From a virus (lineage: Duplodnaviria; Caudoviricetes), in IMG/VR virus record IMGVR_UViG_3300048610_000028, positions 1-44,765 of that record: a DNA stretch of 44,765 bases. One strand, given 5' to 3'. A model generated the notes under the pieces. That model was not told the DNA's origin, made no database searches, and worked only from the letters and a program-made list of their open reading frames with translations. The position numbers and the translations under genes are program-made. Position 1 is the stretch's first letter. Each line of letters begins with the position of its first letter. Positions 16,795 through 23,674 of this stretch are shown here, one piece after another.

Positions 16795-17670
16795 GCGGGT
16801 GGTCGTATGGGACGGGTTGGGTCGAGTACGGACAGGGTTGTCGGTGCGAGGCGTGTTGAGAGAGATCGGCAAGTCGTTCGGGGTCGGGGCGGGCAGTCGG
16901 CCGGGAAGGGGGCGATTCGAGATGCATAGTCGGCAAGGGTCGAGAGGAAAGGCGTAGAAGCGGGCCGGGAGGAGTAGTCGGTCCGGGCCGGGTTGCGGGG
17001 CTGTGAGGGGAACAGAGCAGCGTAGTCGGCGAGGGCCGGGCGGAGCTGCTGAGGCTGGAGCAGAGGAGCGTTGCAAAGTCGATGCGAGAGGGGATGCGGC
17101 GCGACGAAGTGCGACTAAGGGAAAAGGGAAGTCGGCATGGGCTGGAAAGACAGGTGGGGCCAGAGGCACGCGGTGTTGGCCTGGTTCGTCGGTGAGGGGA
17201 GGACGGTGCTGCGTTGAGTGGGGGTGGGCTGTCGGTGCGGTACGAAGAGCGCGGACGAGGGTGGGCAAGTCGGCTAGGAGCGGGCGGCAGGGCGTGACGA
17301 GGAATGTCGGCGGGGAGAGGGCAGAGGCGAGTAGACGCGGGCTGTCCGGGGCTGGGGCGGGAAGTCGGCGAGGGCTGATGTGTGGACGAACCGAGGCGAG
17401 GCGAAGAGCGCAGAATGGGGCGGTCGTCGTGGTGTGAGGCGTCTTGCTGGGCACTGGGAAGTCGGCTGGGGTGGGCACGGTCCGGTGCGTGCTGAGTGGA
17501 ACAGGAGCGGCCAGGCGTGGGCTGGGGCGTCGGCATGGGCGGCGAAGGGGCGACCCGGGGAGTCGGTACGGGCTGGAGCGTGCTGCGCTGAGGTGCATGT
17601 CCTGAGCTGGGCTGTCGGCATGGGCGGGGCTGAGATGAAAGGGGCAGCGTGGTCGTCGTGGTGTGTCGGC
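16795..17670 (-). repeat. non-coding array of ~20 units: anchor CCGAC followed by (CNC-NN)n pentamers (GTCGG / NN-GNG on + strand); candidate guide-RNA array
   Basis: GTCG(G) anchors at 16802, 16840, 16873, 16896, 16929, 16977, 17025, 17078, 17131, 17188, 17231, 17269, 17306, 17364, 17423, 17461, 17529, 17562, 17614, 17652, 17665; 16 of 20 spacings are 5n+3. Confidence 0.85.
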
Positions 17671-17683
17671 CAACAGACGAACA

Positions 17684-18232
17684 TCACACGCCAGCAGACC
17701 CCGGACCCTCCGAACGACCCGTCACTGACCGATACATCGCCACGTACTGCTCCTCCGAGAACACCTCGGTCGTCAGCCGGTTGCCGACCTTCTTGGCCAT
17801 CGCCCGGTGGAACGACTTCTCCAACTTCGCCCGCTTCTCCGTGTCCTCGTACCGGTCGGCGACGAACAGATGATCCGCACCCGTCATCTGGCCAACCGTC
17901 CGCCTAGTGTTCTTCTCATCCACCACATACTCCGCAGCGAACGGCCGCAGCACCGTCGCGTCCCCCTCGTCCGCGAACGACTGCGCAGCCTCTGCGAACG
18001 CACGACGCGGAGCACCCACCCGCGCCAGCTGCCGCTTGCTGTTCGACTTCCGCGCGACCGCGTCCGCCAGGAACACAGCGGCCTTCAACTCCAGCCAGCC
18101 CGTCAGCAGATCCGGGTCCTCGACGCGAAGCCGGTCGACGAGGTCAGCGGCAACCAGCGGCGCCGTGTAGTCCCCGTCAGGTATGGCGTTCTCGATGGCT
18201 TCGTTCATGTCGGCGAGGTAGTCACGGCTCAT
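17684..18232 (-). CDS. hypothetical helical protein, first gene of the RAMP/array cassette
   Basis: GAAGGGA SD before ATG 18232; good GC3 bias; co-oriented with the array and the RAMP gene. Confidence 0.8.
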   Translation of the reverse strand: MSRDYLADMNEAIENAIPDGDYTAPLVAADLVDRLRVEDPDLLTGWLELKAAVFLADAVARKSNSKRQLARVGAPRRAFAEAAQSFADEGDATVLRPFAAEYVVDEKNTRRTVGQMTGADHLFVADRYEDTEKRAKLEKSFHRAMAKKVGNRLTTEVFSEEQYVAMYRSVTGRSEGPGSAGV

Positions 18233-18259
18233 CAGGTGCATCCCTTCAAGGTGGCGAGC

Positions 18260-18379
18260 ACGACGAATTGAGCGCGTTCAGTCCAAAGGCTGTCGCGAAA
18301 TAAGAATGCATTAGCCGCACCGGTTTGGCAAAGATCAATTCATTTCACCGGTCCGGTTAATTCAATTCCACCATTAACC
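18260..18379. promoter_or_regulatory. AT-rich divergent control region (RAMP cassette leftward, portal rightward)
   Basis: Marked AT enrichment (GAAATAAGAATGCATTAG, ATCAATTCATTT, TTAATTCAATT) between divergent genes. Confidence 0.55.
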
Positions 18380-18412
18380 CCGGAATGATCTTCACCGGCC
18401 TGAGCCTACCGT
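18380..18412 (+). promoter_or_regulatory. late-promoter-like motif copy 2 (CCGGAATGATCTT-N14-TACCGT) upstream of portal
   Basis: Exact 13-mer plus TACCGT at 14 nt. Confidence 0.8.
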
Positions 18413-18451
18413 GCCCCGCACACCCACCCACGGGAACAGCGGGAGCGGCAC

Positions 18452-20236
18452 ATGGCCTGGTGGAACGCCTTCACCCGACGCGGCACACCCACACCCAAGC
18501 TGCTCCCCACCCGCACCGAACAGCAGCCCAACGCGATCACCGCCGCAGCCGCACCCGTCAAAGACCCCCGAACCCAACTCATCCGCACCACCGACACCTG
18601 GCAAGAAGAAGCCTGGCAATACCACGAAGACCTCGGCGAATTCCGCTACGCCGTCGACTGGGAAGCCAAAATGCTCTCCCGCGTCCGGCTCTACGCCGCG
18701 AAGCTAGAGCCCGGCCAAGACGAACCCCAACGCGCCGAAACCGGAACCGCCGTCGAACTGATGACCAGCATGGCCGGAGGCGTCGCCGGACAAGCCGCCA
18801 TCATGGACGGCCTCGGCACCCAACTCGCCGTCCCCGGCGAGGGCTACCTCATCATCGAAAACATCGGCGGCATCGAACACTGGTCCGTCCGCTCCACCGA
18901 CGAAGTCACAGCCAAACGCGGCCACTACGAAGTCCTCGACGAAAACTCGGTCAACACCGGCAACACATGGCGGCCCCTCAGCCGCGACTCGCTGCCACCC
19001 CTGCGGGTATGGCGACCGAACAAGCGCTACCACCACATCGCCGACTCCCCGGCCCGCGCCGCACGGGCGACGATGCGGGAGCTGGAGCTGGTCAATCGGC
19101 ACATCGTCGCCCAGTACCTCTCCCGTCTGGCCAGCGCGGGTGTGGTGATCTTCCCCGACGAGGTGACCTTCCCCGTCCGCGAGGAGTTCGCCGACGCGCC
19201 GGACCCTTTTATGGCCGAGTGGATCGAGATAGCGGCCGAAGCGATCCGCACTCCCGGCACCGCTGCGGCCACCATCCCGCTCCCGCTGAAGCTCCCCGGC
19301 GAGTGGATCGAAAAGGTCAAGCACGTCGACTTCACACTGAAGATCGACGAGAAGATCATTGAGAAGCGCGAGTCCGCGATCAAGCGACTGGCGTCCCAGC
19401 TCAACATCCCGCCCGAAGTCCTCCTCGGCATGGGCGATTTGAACCATTGGAACGCGTGGGCTGTTGACGAGACGTCCCTGAAGGTCAACGTCGCGCCCGA
19501 CGCCGAACTGATCTGCCAGGCCCTCACCACCGGCTACCTCCAGCCCCGCCTGAAAGCCTCGGGTGTGGAGGACTGGGCTTCCTGGGTTGTCTGGTACGAC
19601 ATGTCCGAGCTGACGCTGCGCCCGGACCGCTCGGACGACGCGTTCCTGGCGTACGACCGGCTGGAGATCAACGGGACGGCGCTGCGCCGTGAGACCGGCT
19701 TCGACGAAGGCGACAAACCCACCGACGACGAGCTGAAGGAACAGGCCCTCAAGGTCATCATCAAAACCCTGCCGTCCAGTGCCGGGTCCGCACTGTCCAC
19801 GCTGCTCGGCGAGCAGGTCGAGATCACACCGGTGGCCGCTGCCCGGCCCGACGAAGTACCCGAGGTGACAGAGGAGCCGGAGCCGGAGCGCACACCACCA
19901 GAAGCACCGTCACCCGACGACCGGGCCGCAGCAGCGCAAGCCCGGGCCGACCGCATGCTCAAGCAGGCCCGCGCCCCGCACGCCGTCCGCTTCTCCATCG
20001 GCCAGCCAGGCGAGATCCTCCACCCGCCCGACTGCACCAAGCACGCCTACTCCTGCCCGTACACCCACGCCGCGCAACGCCTCGACAAAACCCCACGCCC
20101 CGGGACCAGCGGCACGTATGAGGCACGCCTGGACGCGTTCGGCCGGCTCACCATCGGCAAACCCACACCCCATCTGGACACTGCTGGACTGATCACGACT
20201 CGGAGCCGCAATGGCCACGCTCACAGCCGCCGCTGA
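18452..20236 (+). CDS. portal protein
   Basis: WQEEAWQYHEDLGEFRYAVDW, LAVPGEGYLI, RVWRPNKR...ADSPARA, LLGMGDLNHWNAW; typical actinophage portal; position after terL. Confidence 0.9.
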   Translation: MAWWNAFTRRGTPTPKLLPTRTEQQPNAITAAAAPVKDPRTQLIRTTDTWQEEAWQYHEDLGEFRYAVDWEAKMLSRVRLYAAKLEPGQDEPQRAETGTAVELMTSMAGGVAGQAAIMDGLGTQLAVPGEGYLIIENIGGIEHWSVRSTDEVTAKRGHYEVLDENSVNTGNTWRPLSRDSLPPLRVWRPNKRYHHIADSPARAARATMRELELVNRHIVAQYLSRLASAGVVIFPDEVTFPVREEFADAPDPFMAEWIEIAAEAIRTPGTAAATIPLPLKLPGEWIEKVKHVDFTLKIDEKIIEKRESAIKRLASQLNIPPEVLLGMGDLNHWNAWAVDETSLKVNVAPDAELICQALTTGYLQPRLKASGVEDWASWVVWYDMSELTLRPDRSDDAFLAYDRLEINGTALRRETGFDEGDKPTDDELKEQALKVIIKTLPSSAGSALSTLLGEQVEITPVAAARPDEVPEVTEEPEPERTPPEAPSPDDRAAAAQARADRMLKQARAPHAVRFSIGQPGEILHPPDCTKHAYSCPYTHAAQRLDKTPRPGTSGTYEARLDAFGRLTIGKPTPHLDTAGLITTRSRNGHAHSRR

Positions 20237-23200
20237 CGGCTCGCACATGTCCGGCGCGATGATCGCGCTCATGCCCACGCCGGAGGATGCGGAGCGGCTG
20301 GCGATCGAGGGCGGCGAGCCTGCCAACGAACTCCACCTCACCCTATGGTTCCTCGGCGACGCCGCACCGTGGACAGAGGACCAGCGCAACGAACTCATTG
20401 GCCTCATCCGGGCCCGCGCCGCCTCACTCTCCGGTCCGGTCCACGCATACGCATTCGGCGTCAACAACTGGAACCCCGGCAGCGAAGACCCCGTTTGGGT
20501 GTGGGCCATTGGTGACGACCGTGATGCCACCGACGAGGATGCCTCGCTGCACGAAGCCCGCAACATGCTCGCCATCGACGCGCTGGAGAGCACCCATGAA
20601 CGGCCCGAAACACCCACCCAGCATTCACCATGGGTGGCCCACACGACCGGCGCCTACAGCTCAGACTCATGGCCGCTGGAGCCAATGACGGAGCGGCTTG
20701 GCCCGATCACCTTCGACCGCATCCTGGTCGCGTTCGCCGGTGACTACACCGACATTCCCCTCGGCGAAGGTGCGATGACGGCGGCCGCCCAAGGCCCGCT
20801 GCGCCGCAAGCCCACCGACATCGAGCTCGCGTCCCGTGCCGACTTCGCGCAGATGGACAAGGCATGGCGTGAAGTCGGCGACAGCACCGTGGAGGCGTGG
20901 GCCGGCATCCAGCAGGCGCAGCGGGAGCAGATCACCGCCGCCGTGCAGGCCGCCGCCGAGGCAGACGACTTGGACCGGCTCGACACCCTGACCGTCGATA
21001 CCGACGACGGGGCCAGGCTGCTCATCGCCCGCATGATCGCCTACGCGCGGGAGGCGGGCGAGGCGCAGCAGGCCGAGGCAGAAGCCCAGGGCGTCGACGT
21101 CCCGGAGTGGTCGCTGGACGATGAGGCGCTCACCGCCGCCGCGATTAGGGACCGGCTGCGGCAGGTCGGCCGGGCTGCGGCGCGGGTGCTGGGGGTTGGG
21201 CTGGTGCAGTCGGCGGTGCGGCAGGCGATGCAGGTGTGGGGGTCGGGCTCCGCCGCGCAGGTGGCCGCCGCGGTGGACGAGCACCTCGATGGCCTGTCCG
21301 GTGCGGCGGTCGAGGAGCAGGTGGGCGCGGCCATGAGCGCGGCGCAGAACGAGGGCCGCATGGCTGTGCTGGCGGTCGCGCCGCCCGCCGAGTATTTCGC
21401 GAGCGAGGCGCTAGATCGGTCGTCATGTAAGCCCTGTCGGGACGTCGACGGCACTCGCTACACCACGCTGCCCGATGCCCGTACCGCGTACCCGTCTGGT
21501 GGCTACGTGAACTGCCTAGGTGGCCCACGGTGCCGGGGAACGCTCGTCACCGTCTGGCCCACAGCTGATGAGCAGGCAGCCACCGGAATGATCTTGGCCG
21601 CGTCCGGGGACACAATGCGGCCGACCACCCACGAAGGAGGCGGCACCGTGCCGTACGACGTCGTACAAGACCACCCCGACTGTGCGGCTGACACGCCATG
21701 GGCCGTCACCAAGCAGGACAGCGGCGAGCTGATGGGCTGCCACGGCACCGAGGAAGGCGCCCAAGCCCAGCAGCGTGCGCTGTACGCCGAGGACGGCGAC
21801 GAGCCGCCCAAGAAGTCCGACGACGACATGGACTACACGGGCAAGACCGCCCCGTGGCGTGGCCCCCTCGTCGTCGAGGGCAAGGTCACCGGAGACGGCC
21901 GGGAGTTCGCACCCGAGGCGCTCACCTGGGCCGACCTGCCCATCCCGCTGCGGTGGAACAAGGAAGACTCCCACGGCGGTGAGCCGCACACCGTCGCGGT
22001 CAACGTCGGCCGTATCGACAGCATCTGGCGCGACGGCGACCTCATCATGGGCGAAGGCGTTCTGGACCTGTCTGATGAGGACGGGCGCCGCGTCCACGCC
22101 AAGATCGAAGGCAAGTACCTGCGGGGCGTGTCCATCGACGCCGACTCCATCGCCGACGCTGATGTCGAGTTCGTGTGGCCCGACGACGCCAACGACGGCA
22201 TGGACGACGAGGGCGGCGACCTGCTGGAGATGCTGTTCGCCCAGCCGGAGAAGATGATTTTCCACGGCGGCCGGATCCGCGCCGCCACCCTCGTGGACAT
22301 CCCCGCTTTCGCCGAGGCGTACATCGCGCTCCTCGACGAGGACGGCGCGATCATCGCCGGGGGCCAGCCGCTCACGGAGGAAGAGCGCCAGGCTCTGACG
22401 GTGCAGCAGCTCGGAGCGGTCGGAACCCACGACACCGCCACCACCGACAGCGAATGGAGCGAAGGACCGAACTCCAAGCGGCTGAACTCCCCACTGACCC
22501 TGGCCAAGGTGCGTGCCGCGTACGGCTGGTACGACGGCAGCGCCGTCGAGGACGGTGAGTTGCCGAAGTCAGCGGCGAAGTTCCTCCACCACGAGATCAA
22601 CGAAGACGGCACGGTCGGCCCGGCGAATCTCACCGCCTGTTCCGCGACGATCGGCGCCCTCCACGGCGCTCGCTCCGGTACCAACATCCCCGACGCCGAC
22701 CGGCGCGGTGTGTACGACCACGTCGCCAAGCACCTGCGCGACGCAGGTAAAGAGCCGGAGCCGTTCCGCTCTCTGTCCGCAGTCACTGCGTCAGCCCCGG
22801 CGCATCCGGCGATGACTGGCCTGTGGAAGCCTCCCGCCGAGTGGTTCAGCGATCCGGAGCTGCCGTTCCACTGCGGCATCGTCGTCACCGATCAGGGGCG
22901 GCTATACGGGCATGCGGCGCCGTGGGGCTCCTGCCACATCGGGATCGACGGAACGTGCGTGACGGCTCCGCGAGAGAACGACCACTCCCACTACATGACC
23001 GGGGAGACCGTCTGCGACGACGGCTCGCGGGTAGCGATCGGTCAGATCACCGTAGGTACCGGGCACGCCCCGCTGCACTATGGAGCGCAAGCAGCAGCGG
23101 AACACTACGACAACACCGGTACAGCGGTCGCCGATGTAGCCGTGGGCAACGACAAACACGGCATCTGGGTGGCGGGCGCGATCCGCCCGAACGCGGACCC

Positions 23201-23480
23201 GCTGAGCGTGTACGAGCTGCGCGCTTCGGGCCGGGTGTCGGGTGACTGGCGGCGGCGCGGCGGGCAGTTGCGCCTGATTGGGCTGCTGGGTGTCAACGTC
23301 GCCGGTTTCCTGGAGGAGTCGAAGATGCGGGCACTGGTGTCCTCGGGGCAGCCTCAGACGCTGGTGGCGGCTGGCGTGCTGAAGCAGCAGTGGAGCCTGT
23401 CGCAGGACGACGTAGAGCGTCAGGCGGTGCGGATTGTGATGCGGATGCTGTCGCGTCGTGTCCACCCCGGGGGGAGGTGA
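20211..23480 (+). CDS. fusion: 2H phosphoesterase (2'-5' RNA ligase/Acb1-like) + MuF-like minor head domain + capsid maturation protease-like region
   Basis: ELHLTLWFLG and WVAHTTGAY (two HxT motifs); ALDRSSCKPC...NCLGGPRCRGT (MuF-type Cys motif); TGDGREF...LPIPL...VGRIDSI...LRGVSID...IRAATLVDIPAF (prohead protease-like). Confidence 0.8.
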   Translation: MATLTAAADGSHMSGAMIALMPTPEDAERLAIEGGEPANELHLTLWFLGDAAPWTEDQRNELIGLIRARAASLSGPVHAYAFGVNNWNPGSEDPVWVWAIGDDRDATDEDASLHEARNMLAIDALESTHERPETPTQHSPWVAHTTGAYSSDSWPLEPMTERLGPITFDRILVAFAGDYTDIPLGEGAMTAAAQGPLRRKPTDIELASRADFAQMDKAWREVGDSTVEAWAGIQQAQREQITAAVQAAAEADDLDRLDTLTVDTDDGARLLIARMIAYAREAGEAQQAEAEAQGVDVPEWSLDDEALTAAAIRDRLRQVGRAAARVLGVGLVQSAVRQAMQVWGSGSAAQVAAAVDEHLDGLSGAAVEEQVGAAMSAAQNEGRMAVLAVAPPAEYFASEALDRSSCKPCRDVDGTRYTTLPDARTAYPSGGYVNCLGGPRCRGTLVTVWPTADEQAATGMILAASGDTMRPTTHEGGGTVPYDVVQDHPDCAADTPWAVTKQDSGELMGCHGTEEGAQAQQRALYAEDGDEPPKKSDDDMDYTGKTAPWRGPLVVEGKVTGDGREFAPEALTWADLPIPLRWNKEDSHGGEPHTVAVNVGRIDSIWRDGDLIMGEGVLDLSDEDGRRVHAKIEGKYLRGVSIDADSIADADVEFVWPDDANDGMDDEGGDLLEMLFAQPEKMIFHGGRIRAATLVDIPAFAEAYIALLDEDGAIIAGGQPLTEEERQALTVQQLGAVGTHDTATTDSEWSEGPNSKRLNSPLTLAKVRAAYGWYDGSAVEDGELPKSAAKFLHHEINEDGTVGPANLTACSATIGALHGARSGTNIPDADRRGVYDHVAKHLRDAGKEPEPFRSLSAVTASAPAHPAMTGLWKPPAEWFSDPELPFHCGIVVTDQGRLYGHAAPWGSCHIGIDGTCVTAPRENDHSHYMTGETVCDDGSRVAIGQITVGTGHAPLHYGAQAAAEHYDNTGTAVADVAVGNDKHGIWVAGAIRPNADPLSVYELRASGRVSGDWRRRGGQLRLIGLLGVNVAGFLEESKMRALVSSGQPQTLVAAGVLKQQWSLSQDDVERQAVRIVMRMLSRRVHPGGR
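21583..21616 (+). promoter_or_regulatory. late-promoter-like motif copy 3, intragenic (CCGGAATGATCTT-N15-CACAAT)
   Basis: Exact 13-mer inside the 1089-aa ORF, upstream of GAAGGAGG and an in-frame GTG at 21648. Confidence 0.65.
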
Positions 23481-23486
23481 CTGACT

Positions 23487-23549
23487 GTGTGCAACTGCAA
23501 TAAGAGGCGTCGGCCGAAGCCACCGCCACCTCCACCGCCAAGCTCCTGA
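23487..23549 (+). CDS. 20-aa microprotein MCNCNKRRRPKPPPPPPPSS
   Basis: GGAGGTGA SD 6 nt before the GTG; sits between the protease and capsid genes. Confidence 0.5.
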   Translation: MCNCNKRRRPKPPPPPPPSS

Positions 23550-23562
23550 CCTTTATAAATAG

Positions 23563-23598
23563 CGCACCGGCAAAGTGAATTGACTCTTTGCCGGTGCG
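23563..23598. promoter_or_regulatory. 13-bp inverted repeat (operator or hairpin) enclosing TTGACT, upstream of the capsid gene
   Basis: CGCACCGGCAAAG-tgaattgact-CTTTGCCGGTGCG, preceded by TTTATAAATA. Confidence 0.55.
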
Positions 23599-23674
23599 TG
23601 TGCTATGCGCTAGCCTTCGCGAACAAAGGGCGCCAAACAGCACGGCGCATCTACCCCTTCGCAAGGAGGAAAGC

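Noticed and set aside
16929-17269. Self-targets of the decoded array units within this window
   Set aside because: No convincing gapped match found by eye; a computational search is needed, so no target is claimed.
16778-17536. N-terminal extension making the RAMP ORF 498 aa, and other ORFs over the array (16774-17673, 17003-17437)
   Set aside because: Low-complexity P/S/R translations caused by the C-rich pentamer pattern; no codon bias; a clear SD precedes ATG 16777.
16795-17670. Canonical CRISPR array beside the Cas7-like gene
   Set aside because: No 25-40 bp identical repeats; the shared anchor is only ~5 bp, unit lengths vary from 13 to 68 nt, and the inter-anchor sequence is itself periodic.
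18380-18412. SigR-type ECF promoter (GGAAT-N18-GTT) as the explanation for the repeated motif
   Set aside because: GGAAT is present but GTT does not follow at 18 nt; the conserved downstream element is a TACCGT-like hexamer.
23588-23674. Upstream TTG start for the major capsid protein
   Set aside because: It lies inside the palindrome; GTG 23675 has a strong AAGGAGG SD.
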